A stretch of 64,000 nt of DNA, from the NCBI GenBank assembly GCA_965116875.1, contig OZ220733.1:1600001-1664000 (forward strand), in the 5' to 3' direction. The position numbers were made by a program, and so were the translations under genes. Of the stretch, positions 19,698 to 28,592 are shown in pieces. Positions within the stretch are counted from its first letter, which is position 1. Each line of letters begins with the position of its first letter. The notes below the pieces were generated by a model. It worked only from the letters and a program-made list of their open reading frames with translations. It searched no databases and was not told the DNA's origin. This DNA is from Candidatus Latescibacterota bacterium. Its GTDB lineage: Bacteria; Latescibacterota; UBA2968; GCA-2709665.

Positions 19698-20441
19698 ATG
19701 CCCGATCTCGACATCGTCATCCCCGTGTACAACGAGGGCAGCAACATCCTGAACGTACTCAACGCCCTGTGCGATGCGACGAGCACGCCCTTCCGCGTAC
19801 TGATCTGTTACGACGATGCGTCCGATGACACGCTGGAAGCCCTGAAGAGATTCACGGATACCCGATGCGAAATCGTTAAAGTCCGCAACCGCGGGCGGGG
19901 GGCCCACGGGGCCGTCGTCACGGGTTTCAGCGAAGGCGACGCGCCCGCGGCGATCATGTGGCCGGCCGACGATACCTACAACGCGGGCATCATCGACAGG
20001 ATGCATCGGGAATACGTGAACGGTTGCGACGTCGTCTGCGCCAGCCGGTTTATCGACGGCGGCTGCATGGTGGGCGCGCCGTGGCTGAAATCTCTGCTTG
20101 TCAGGAGCTCCGCCTTCACCCTTTATTATCTGGGGCGGCTTCCCGCCCGGGACGCCAGCAACGGCCTTCGGCTGTTCTCCAGGCGACTGCTGGACCGGGC
20201 GCGGATCGAGTCCTCGGCGGGTTTCGCCTACGGCATCGAACTGCTGGTCAAATGCCACCGGCTGGGCTGGAGAATCGCGGAGGTCCCCGCAGCGTGGTAC
20301 GAGAGGACCTCCGGCCGAAGTCGCTTCAGGGTCATCCGCTGGCTTCCGGAATACCTGCGCTGGTTCTTCTACGCCTTCGCAACAACGTATCTTGGCCGGG
20401 GTCCGGAGACCGTTCCTGAAACGAAGCATACGGATGCCTGA
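19698..20441 (+). CDS. GT2 glycosyltransferase (DPM1-like)
   Basis: IVIPVYNE, ADD and ASRF..GG motifs. Confidence 0.85.
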   Translation: MPDLDIVIPVYNEGSNILNVLNALCDATSTPFRVLICYDDASDDTLEALKRFTDTRCEIVKVRNRGRGAHGAVVTGFSEGDAPAAIMWPADDTYNAGIIDRMHREYVNGCDVVCASRFIDGGCMVGAPWLKSLLVRSSAFTLYYLGRLPARDASNGLRLFSRRLLDRARIESSAGFAYGIELLVKCHRLGWRIAEVPAAWYERTSGRSRFRVIRWLPEYLRWFFYAFATTYLGRGPETVPETKHTDA

Positions 20442-20462
20442 CATGAACCGTGGAGCCTGACC

Positions 20463-22907
20463 ATGAGCAAGCGCAGAAAAAGAACCGCCCGGCGTTCCGC
20501 AACGACGCGGCCTGAAACCTCGAAGACCCTCTCCGACCGTTTCGGTCCTTTCCTCGCGTCGCCCTGGGCCCCGGTTGTGTTCTTCCTGCTCCTGAGCGCG
20601 GTGTACTTCGCCGGGTTCGTCTTTACCGATCACGTCATTCTCGGACAGGACACGGGAAGGGAATTCCACAAGGGGCGTGAGCCCTTCCTGGAAAAACTGG
20701 CCAACCTGGCGCCGGCCAACTGGACGCGCTATCTCGGGGGCACCCCCGTGACCGGACAACGGACGTCGAGCTACTTTCCGCTGGAAATCATCGCCCTGTT
20801 TACAACCCGACACCGGCTTCTGGGCTGGCGGTATTTCTTCGCCATGTTCATGGCCGGTTATTTCATGTATCTCTGTATCCGCGGTTTCGGCATGAAGCCG
20901 CTCACGGCCTGGCTCACGGGCATCGCGTACGCCTCCGCGCCCGCCCTGCTCACCTTCATCTACGCCGGCCATGAAGCCAAGATGCTGGTGATCGGCCTGT
21001 TCCCGCTCATGGTCTGGGGGCTGTACCGCGGCATGGAGACCGGCCGGATGATTTACTACCTGGTTCTGGGCGTCGCCATTGGCGCGGGCATCTACACCCC
21101 GCACCTCCAGATGCTGTACTACGCACTCTGCGGCCTGGCCATTCTCTTCGCCGCAAGACTCGGACAGTCCCTGTACGGCGAGCGAGACGTCGCGGCAGCC
21201 CTGCGCCGAAGCCTTCTCAGCGCCGGCGCGGTCTGTCTGGGCCTGGGGATTGGCGCCATGGGCGTGTTCCCGCAATACTGGTACACCCGGACGGAATCGA
21301 GAAGGGCGCTGGGAGACGGCGAAGGCAAGGGCCTGGAATACGCGCAGACCTGGTCGCTGCATCCCGAGGAAGTCGCTTCGCTGGTCGTACCGGAGTTCGC
21401 GCACTTCGACGACCCGGACCGAAGACAACGAAACTACTGGGGCCGCAATCCCTTCAAGCTCAATTCCGAATATTTCGGAATCGCCGTTCTCTTCTTCGCC
21501 GCGCTCGCCCTGGGGCGCATCCGCCGCGACCCGAGAATCGGGATCTTTCTCCTGCTCTTTTTCCTCGCCCTGGCATTCGCCCTCGGACCCCATACCTTCG
21601 TGCACGGATACGCGTACCGCTATATCCCCGGGATGAAGGTACTCCGGGCGCCGGGTATGATCGCGTTCCTGTTCGCCTTCCCCGCATGCGTTCTGGGCGC
21701 CATCGGACTGCAGCGGGTCCTCTACCCGACGGACGTTTCACCCCGTACGCGGCGCAATCTGGCCATCGGCGCCGGGGTTGCCGTGGTCCTGCTGCTGGGT
21801 GTCGCCCTGTCTCCCCAGAGCGCCGTAAACGCATGGACCGGACTCTTCTGGTCCGATATTCCGGATTCAGCCGTCCGCGTCGCACAGGCGAACGCGCCCA
21901 ACCTCAGCCGGGGCGCCGTTTTTGCCGCGCTGATTGTATCGCTCCTGGCCATTCTGACGTGGAGACGCCTGGGCGGCGGCATTTCCCCCGTGGTCTACGC
22001 ATGCCTTCTGGTTCCCCTGATGCTCTTCGATACCTGGCGGATCGACCGGCAGTTCCTCCGATATTTCGATCCGGACCTGCAATCCCCGCCCGAACGCGTG
22101 TACGGCGGCGTGCTGCGGCATTTTGAACAGGACACGGACCTGTACCGCGTGCTGTACGTATCGCAGCTCTCCATTCCCCCGCCGCATCTGGGCGCCGGAA
22201 AGCGGACGATCGTGGACCGGGTCCGGGTGGACTATCACGAACCCTTTACCATGCTTCGCTACGACCGGATGACCGAACCCCAAAACCTCCGGCATTTCCC
22301 CATCCTGAATCTGCTGAACACCCGCTACGTCGTGACCCGGGAGCCCTTTCCGGACGGACCCGCGTCCGTTGTCACCGACGGCCTGCATATCTACAAAAAC
22401 GACTTCGCGCTGCCCTGGTTCTACCTGGCGCCCCGATACCGGATCGAGACCGACGAGGACCGCATCCTGAAGCTGCTCTCGGGACCCGGATTCAGGCCCG
22501 ATGAGACCGTTGTCCTGGAGGTCGAGCCGGAAGGCTTTTCGGCGGATAGTACGGACACGCGAGCGCAGGATTTCATCGAGAAGGTCGTGTACGATGAACG
22601 CACCGGCCATATCGAACTCAACGTCAAATCCGGCGGACCGCGCCTGCTGGTGATCTCCGAGAATTACCACCCCTTCTGGCACGCCCGGGTGGACGGAGAG
22701 GAGCGGCCGCTGTTGAGGGCCAACTACGCGTGGAAGGCCGTTGCCGTGCCCGGGGGCGAACACCGGGTCGTACTCCGTTTCCACGATCCCATTGCCACGG
22801 CGTGCCGCTGGATTACCCTCGTTTCCACCCTCTTCGCCATCGCCTGCGCCGCCGCATGGTACTGGCGGAAGCGCACCGGTAAACCGGCGGCCGCCTCCGC
22901 GGAGTAA
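20463..22907 (+). CDS. YfhO-like membrane protein (GT-C)
   Basis: Multi-TM N-region, W..Y.GGTP loop, C-terminal LVISENYHPFW.A.VDG...VPGGEH.V domain and terminal TM. Confidence 0.8.
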   Translation: MSKRRKRTARRSATTRPETSKTLSDRFGPFLASPWAPVVFFLLLSAVYFAGFVFTDHVILGQDTGREFHKGREPFLEKLANLAPANWTRYLGGTPVTGQRTSSYFPLEIIALFTTRHRLLGWRYFFAMFMAGYFMYLCIRGFGMKPLTAWLTGIAYASAPALLTFIYAGHEAKMLVIGLFPLMVWGLYRGMETGRMIYYLVLGVAIGAGIYTPHLQMLYYALCGLAILFAARLGQSLYGERDVAAALRRSLLSAGAVCLGLGIGAMGVFPQYWYTRTESRRALGDGEGKGLEYAQTWSLHPEEVASLVVPEFAHFDDPDRRQRNYWGRNPFKLNSEYFGIAVLFFAALALGRIRRDPRIGIFLLLFFLALAFALGPHTFVHGYAYRYIPGMKVLRAPGMIAFLFAFPACVLGAIGLQRVLYPTDVSPRTRRNLAIGAGVAVVLLLGVALSPQSAVNAWTGLFWSDIPDSAVRVAQANAPNLSRGAVFAALIVSLLAILTWRRLGGGISPVVYACLLVPLMLFDTWRIDRQFLRYFDPDLQSPPERVYGGVLRHFEQDTDLYRVLYVSQLSIPPPHLGAGKRTIVDRVRVDYHEPFTMLRYDRMTEPQNLRHFPILNLLNTRYVVTREPFPDGPASVVTDGLHIYKNDFALPWFYLAPRYRIETDEDRILKLLSGPGFRPDETVVLEVEPEGFSADSTDTRAQDFIEKVVYDERTGHIELNVKSGGPRLLVISENYHPFWHARVDGEERPLLRANYAWKAVAVPGGEHRVVLRFHDPIATACRWITLVSTLFAIACAAAWYWRKRTGKPAAASAE

Positions 22908-22910
22908 TCC

Positions 22911-24350
22911 ATGGGCGGCAAGTCACCGGTCAGACGGATCGCGGGCAACACCGCGGTCCAGGTATTCGGACGGGCCATCGAGTTCGCGATCTTCCTGTTC
23001 CTCGTCCACTACCTGGATCTGAAAGCGTTCGGCGCCTATACGTTCATCCTGACCAACCTGATGTTATGGGGGGTTCTTGCGGACGCGGGGACGTACAATC
23101 TCCTGATCCGGGAAGCCGCCAGCGGGGAGAACGCCGACCGGCTTCTGGGGAACGCCCTGTCCATAGGGCTCGTCGCGTCTACGGCAGCGATTCTCACTTC
23201 AAACGCCTTTCTCTATCTTGCGGGTCAGGGAATGGAGACCCTCGTACCCGCGCTCATCGCCTCACTCTCCCTGTACATATCGCCCCGGCTCAACGCCTTC
23301 CGCAAGATGTTTCAGGTCCGGTTTCAGGCCGAACTCCGAATGGGAACCGTGGTGGCGTGGAACACCGCCTCCCACCTGCTCATGGCCGGCCTGCTGGTCG
23401 CGGTTGTCCTCAACAACGGCCTTCTTGTCGCTATCTTCTGCGCGCTGATCGCCGCCGAACTCCTCTCGTTCGCCGGACTGTGCATCACGCACCGGCGCCT
23501 GTTCGGACTTCCCCGGTTCCGGTTCGACCCGCGGATCGTCCGATCTCTTCTTCGGCAGAGCATCCCGCTCATGCTGGCCTCGGTATGCGTTACCGTCCAC
23601 GACAAGATCGGCATTATGATGCTCGAGTCCATCAAGAACAAGGAGGCCGTGGGCCTCTACAATATGGCCGCGCGAATTCCGGACAGCCTGCCGTTTCTCG
23701 CTTCGATATTCATCGCCTCCGTGTTCCCCGTGATGGTGAGACACCGGGATGCGAACCCGGTCGCGTTCGACAGAATCTATCGCCGCAGCGCGCGTTACCT
23801 GCTGCTCTTTATCGTCCCTGTCGCCGGCTTCTGCACGCTCGCCTCCCGGGACATCCTCGACCTCCTCTTTCCCGGCAGGATACCGGAAGCCATGCTCGGT
23901 CACGCCAGCGGGACGCTCGTCCTGCTCATCTGGGCGATGGTGTTCAAATACATGGGCACCGCCTTCAGTTTTCTGACTGTTGCCGTGGGCGAGGAACGAC
24001 GCCGGCTTGTCTGCCTGGGCGCGGCGGCGCTGCTCGGCATTCTTCTGAACGTCGCCCTGATCCCCGCGCACCACATTCTGGGATCGGCCGCGGCCGTCCT
24101 GATCGGGTCCATCGCGTATCCGGTTGCGGGGCTCTTCTTCGCTCCGCTGCGCAGGTATGCCGCCGCGCTCGGCGCCGCAGCCGCCAGGCCGTTGCTGGCG
24201 ACCGCGCTGACGGCGCTTTTCGTATCGGCCATCACCGATCACTTTGTGGTTGCGGCCGTGGCGGGGCTGCTCGTCTACGGCGCCCTGATCCTGATCTTCA
24301 AGGGCGTCACGCGGGAAGATATCGCGCTGTTGAGGGAAATGCGTGAATAG
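22911..24350 (+). CDS. Wzx-like oligosaccharide flippase
   Basis: About 12-14 TMs; GxY, ADAG and VGLYNMA motifs. Confidence 0.85.
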   Translation: MGGKSPVRRIAGNTAVQVFGRAIEFAIFLFLVHYLDLKAFGAYTFILTNLMLWGVLADAGTYNLLIREAASGENADRLLGNALSIGLVASTAAILTSNAFLYLAGQGMETLVPALIASLSLYISPRLNAFRKMFQVRFQAELRMGTVVAWNTASHLLMAGLLVAVVLNNGLLVAIFCALIAAELLSFAGLCITHRRLFGLPRFRFDPRIVRSLLRQSIPLMLASVCVTVHDKIGIMMLESIKNKEAVGLYNMAARIPDSLPFLASIFIASVFPVMVRHRDANPVAFDRIYRRSARYLLLFIVPVAGFCTLASRDILDLLFPGRIPEAMLGHASGTLVLLIWAMVFKYMGTAFSFLTVAVGEERRRLVCLGAAALLGILLNVALIPAHHILGSAAAVLIGSIAYPVAGLFFAPLRRYAAALGAAAARPLLATALTALFVSAITDHFVVAAVAGLLVYGALILIFKGVTREDIALLREMRE

Positions 24351-24585
24351 CTGTCAGCTATCAGCCATCAGCAGTCAGCCAAAAGCGAAAGGCAAAAGCA
24401 ACCCCTCACCACCCCGCAGACCTCTCTCCCCGGCCCTCTCTCCTACCAGGAGAGAGGGAGGAAGAACAGGTTTCGCACGCCGGTCACCAATAGACACTCT
24501 GATTGACAGGAAATCGCTGCTTTTACCTTTTTCCTTCTTCCTTCTTCCTTTTTCCTTCAGGACGGGGTCCGGGGGAAAGGGGGAG
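24349..24585 (+). repeat. Intergenic repeat mosaic (B, A, short G)
   Basis: TCAGC heptamers begin at the flippase stop; A hairpin at about 24421-24460; ATAGACACTCTGATTGACAGGAAATCGC. Confidence 0.85.
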
Positions 24586-24767
24586 CAATACCCGGCGTTG
24601 GGCAATTCCCCCCCCTATGGTTCTGTTGGATACGGGAGGCATTTGGATTATCATTCGTATTCCACCGCATCGGATTGTGACTGTCGCATTTTGCGACAGT
24701 TTCCGGCGTCGGTGCGATGGCGGCGGGAGCGTATCAACAATTGTCATTGAACGTCAGGAGACGCGGT

Positions 24768-25496
24768 ATGTTATCTAATCAACAGGTTGCGGATGCCGTA
24801 GAAGACGTCGTTGGGGTATTCAAGCGGGATGGATTCCTGGTTACGAAGGGTCTCTACTCCGCCGAAGAGATGCTGGACTGGAAGGCGCGCATCATCGGCA
24901 TCCTGGAGGCCGGCGGCCACATGAACACGGAGCCGACGTCCACCGGCGTCCACGTTTTCATGGCCGACGTGCTGGATCCGTTTTTCAGGGAACGGATGAA
25001 GGATGATTGTGTGGTTTCCATCCTGAACCGGATTGTTGGACCGAACGTGGAGTTTCTGAGCGTGAAGTCGGTCTACAAGAACAAGTTCACGCGGTTCGGG
25101 TCGCCCTGGCACCAGGATTGGTACTACTGGAAGGGCGCGAACAAGATTTCGGTGTGGATCGCGCTGGACGACGCCACGCCCGAGAACGGCTGCCTGAAGA
25201 TGATCGCCGGCAGTCATTTCAAGCGGTTCAAGGTGAAACAGGTCAGGGGAGAGAACGGATTCGGGTGGCGTATCGGAAACGAAGAGATCGTCGGACTTCC
25301 CGAGACCACGCTGGCGGTGAACCGGGGCGATGCGGTCTTCTTTCACGATCAGACCCTGCACAGTTCCTTTCCGAACACAACGGGCGCGGATCGCTGGAGC
25401 TTCATTTCAACCTACCGCGACGGGGCTGAGAGGGACGATTCGACCGTATGGAAACATCCGATGGTTGTCACCGGGGAAAGCGTGAACGGTGGTTGA
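24768..25496 (+). CDS. Phytanoyl-CoA dioxygenase (PhyH) family Fe/2OG enzyme
   Basis: WHQD, WIALDDA..ENGCL and LHSS.PN...R motifs; AGGAG RBS before ATG 24768. Confidence 0.9.
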   Translation: MLSNQQVADAVEDVVGVFKRDGFLVTKGLYSAEEMLDWKARIIGILEAGGHMNTEPTSTGVHVFMADVLDPFFRERMKDDCVVSILNRIVGPNVEFLSVKSVYKNKFTRFGSPWHQDWYYWKGANKISVWIALDDATPENGCLKMIAGSHFKRFKVKQVRGENGFGWRIGNEEIVGLPETTLAVNRGDAVFFHDQTLHSSFPNTTGADRWSFISTYRDGAERDDSTVWKHPMVVTGESVNGG

Positions 25497-25592
25497 TCCA
25501 GGCAGACCGGATTCTGACATTCCCCGACAACAGAAGTGACAGGACTGTGGAACCGGCGTAGCGAAGACAGATCCCGATTCGGAACCCCCTGA

Positions 25593-28397
25593 ATGCTTTC
25601 CCTCCGAAATCTTCTCGCAACCCTGCAGCGCCATATAATGCCGCCAGCCTCCCGGCCGTTGGCGGTCGATTTGGGCCTCGCGGCCGGACTCTTCGGCGCA
25701 TGGCTGGCGCTGAGCGGCTTCGATCCCCTCGTTGCGGCGGCGAAGGACGAGTTGCGACTGGCCGTATCGCCCGGACCATTTCAACTTCGATGGCCGCCCC
25801 TCGGACCCACCCTCATCGGCCTCGCGGGCCTGGTCCTGGCGTGGATTCGCCATCGTCGCGTCCCGGATGCGCCACAACTCCAGGAACGCCTCCAGCGTGC
25901 GACATTGCTGGCAGGCGCGCTTCTGGCAGTGCGTCTCCTGGCGCTCTTCGACCCGCTAGTCCGCATCTTTCCCTTCCTGACCATCCTCTGGTCTCCTCAC
26001 GCGTTTTGGGCCCTGGCGCTGGTTTATCTCGGGTACGTACATCTCCCGTCGCCTGGCGCCCGGAAACCCCTCCGTACCGTCTATGTCGCAGGCGCCCTGT
26101 TCGCCGTGTGCCTGCCTATGTACGTCTTCTATGCGCTCTATTTCTGCCAGGTCACCATGCTCCACGGAGATGAAGGCCAGTACCTGCGCGTGACGCAAAG
26201 TCTGCTCCACGACGGGGACATGGACCTGGCCAACAACCTGGACATTGAGCAGATCCGGGAATTCCACGTCACGGACTTCGGGCTAAACAAGGCGCCTGCG
26301 TCGCCTGAAGGCAAAATCCACTCGTCGCATCCGATCGGCCTTTCCGTCGCCCTTGTACCTGCCTACTGGTGGGGCTTGGAAGCATGGGCGAACCCGCGGC
26401 TGGCTACCGCGCTGTTCATCGCGCTGCTTGCGAGTCTGTGCGTTCCATTGATTTTCATTTATCTCACGCGGCTGGGAGCCAAATCCTGGTCGGCACTGGC
26501 AGCCACATGCATAACGGCCATTACAGGTCCGTACTTCTACTATTCCAACCAGATCTATCCGGAAATCCCGGCCATCGGCATCGTGCTGGCCACCCTGATC
26601 GTCCTTGCTCACTGGCAGACTCCCGGCGGCACGTACCAGTCCCTGGGACGCCGGGAAATACCGGTGCTGGGCCTGCTGACCCTCCTGCTTTGCTGCCTTC
26701 CCTTTTTGCATCCGCGCCTGGCTCCGCTGGGGTTCTGCGGCGGCGCAATCGTGCTGCTGCAGGCCTGGAACAACAAAAAGCGATGGTGGGCCCTCTCGAC
26801 GATCGGCCTCGCTGTCGCCGGCGGTCTATTCGGACTTCTTGCCTACCACCACGCATTTAGCGGGGACTGGCTGGGTCCGCTACGTCCGGGAAGCGGCGCC
26901 TGGGACAAAAACGCACTCGATGTCGCGATCTGGAAGATCTCCCTTCCCGGCCACTGGTTGCACGTCGGACGGGGCATTCTCAACACGTCGCCGATCTATT
27001 TCTTTGCATTATTCGGACTGCTGACCCTCGCCAGGTTGCGCGACCGGCGCGTTGGCGTCGCCCTTGTCCTTTTCGCCGCCTCCGCCGGCATCAATGGGTT
27101 GCACTACAATTGGAATTTCGGCCACGGCTTTCCCTGCCGGTTCATGGTTATTGCCCTGCCCGCTCTGGCCTTAGGGCTGGCCTGGGGCTTGCCGTTGGTG
27201 CTGCGCCGGGCGACGACCAGTCTACTCGCAGCATTGGCCCTTGCGATCAGCCTGGAAAGCGTTCTACAAACGCTCGCTCTTCCTGAGTTGGGTTACAAAG
27301 GTAATAACCTGCTCGGCCGGTCGATCAACCACTTCTATCCCCTGAATTTGCACTTCTTCGAGCCGGACCAGCAAGACCTGCCGCTGCTCGACCTGGCATT
27401 CTGGGGTGTGCTGGCCGGTGCCCTGTTCATCAGACCACGGAACGTTGGCCTGCGGGCGGCCGTCGTCGCCGCAGCTGCCTTCGCGCCCCTTGCCTGGAGT
27501 CATAGCGAAGTATTGAATTCACGCTTATCGGGATGCAGGTCGCCTTATATGCCGCTTCTCTCAGACGGAATCAAGCCATCGACATACAGTTTCCGCGTCC
27601 CGGTTGATTTCGTGCCCGAGGATGCCGCGGACTCCGATGGAAGAATCCGCGCTCAAGAGGGACTCTCCCGACCGGGCCGGGTCGGTTATTCGCGGATGTC
27701 TATGCCCGTACTGGGTACGCTCCACCCCGGCATTTACAGGCTGGTCTTCCACGGCCTCCGGGTCGACGCGCCGGAAGGAGAGATCTCCGGCTATCTGACC
27801 CTCTCGCGCCGGTATACAGTACCTGTTGTTTCCGTCTGGAGTACGGATACCAATTACCCGCTCTACGCCAGCCGGGCCGCAGAGGACCGCTCACTCGTGT
27901 TCGACGTCGTTCGACCTCGCCTCGGTTACGTCCACACCTACTACACGGGAACGGGCAATCTGGCCCTGGACACGATCCGGGTTCGCATGATACCCGTTCG
28001 CAAACTGAACGAACCGAAACTCCTTGAGATCGGAAGGTTGGCACATAAAGTAATCGAGCGACCTCTCAACGCGGTTCATCGTATTGCGGACTTGAAAGAA
28101 GGCTATTACAGGGTCCGATTCAATCTCACCGGCTCGGCCTTCGCAAGCTTCTGTGAGCGTCACCCCGCGCCGATCATGACCGCCGTCTATACCCTGCCGC
28201 CTCCCGCACGCCCCATAGCATACGGCGCGCACCCCCCCTGGTGGATGTCGATCCCGTTCGCAGGCGACGAGACCCGTGAGTTGCGCTTTGCTCTGGACAA
28301 GACCCGGAACGTTCATGTGATTCTCCAGTACAATGGAAGGTCCGACCTGGATCTCACGGAAATCGTGCTCTACCGCGAGACTTTCAATCATCGTTGA
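25593..28397 (+). CDS. Large membrane protein, GT-C-like N-region plus soluble C-terminal domain
   Basis: GDE..YL....SL..DGD.DL.N loop, multi-TM core, RF motif, about 290-aa hydrophilic tail. Confidence 0.55.
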   Translation: MLSLRNLLATLQRHIMPPASRPLAVDLGLAAGLFGAWLALSGFDPLVAAAKDELRLAVSPGPFQLRWPPLGPTLIGLAGLVLAWIRHRRVPDAPQLQERLQRATLLAGALLAVRLLALFDPLVRIFPFLTILWSPHAFWALALVYLGYVHLPSPGARKPLRTVYVAGALFAVCLPMYVFYALYFCQVTMLHGDEGQYLRVTQSLLHDGDMDLANNLDIEQIREFHVTDFGLNKAPASPEGKIHSSHPIGLSVALVPAYWWGLEAWANPRLATALFIALLASLCVPLIFIYLTRLGAKSWSALAATCITAITGPYFYYSNQIYPEIPAIGIVLATLIVLAHWQTPGGTYQSLGRREIPVLGLLTLLLCCLPFLHPRLAPLGFCGGAIVLLQAWNNKKRWWALSTIGLAVAGGLFGLLAYHHAFSGDWLGPLRPGSGAWDKNALDVAIWKISLPGHWLHVGRGILNTSPIYFFALFGLLTLARLRDRRVGVALVLFAASAGINGLHYNWNFGHGFPCRFMVIALPALALGLAWGLPLVLRRATTSLLAALALAISLESVLQTLALPELGYKGNNLLGRSINHFYPLNLHFFEPDQQDLPLLDLAFWGVLAGALFIRPRNVGLRAAVVAAAAFAPLAWSHSEVLNSRLSGCRSPYMPLLSDGIKPSTYSFRVPVDFVPEDAADSDGRIRAQEGLSRPGRVGYSRMSMPVLGTLHPGIYRLVFHGLRVDAPEGEISGYLTLSRRYTVPVVSVWSTDTNYPLYASRAAEDRSLVFDVVRPRLGYVHTYYTGTGNLALDTIRVRMIPVRKLNEPKLLEIGRLAHKVIERPLNAVHRIADLKEGYYRVRFNLTGSAFASFCERHPAPIMTAVYTLPPPARPIAYGAHPPWWMSIPFAGDETRELRFALDKTRNVHVILQYNGRSDLDLTEIVLYRETFNHR

Positions 28398-28400
28398 GGC

Positions 28401-28503
28401 GGCAGACAGGAATGTCTGCCCCACCCTTAAAATCGGTTTCCTCAGGATGACAGTTCGGGCGTACCGGGACAGCGACGTGGGCAGACAGGAATGTCTGCCC
28501 CAC
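28401..28503 (-). repeat. Two direct copies of REP family E
   Basis: GGCAGACAGGAATGTCTGCCCCAC at 28401-28424 and 28480-28503 (GTGG foot on minus strand). Confidence 0.88.
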
Positions 28504-28552
28504 ACTCACACCAGGTTTTTCTCTCATAGAAATGTCGAGACCGGATAAGTCA

Positions 28553-28582
28553 TTGACAAGAAACCATGCGGCGGGGTATTTT
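28553..28582 (+). promoter_or_regulatory. Possible sigma70 promoter for the nuclease/helicase pair
   Basis: TTGACA-18 bp-TATTTT just upstream of the ORF. Confidence 0.4.
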
Positions 28583-28592
28583 CTGAGGACAG

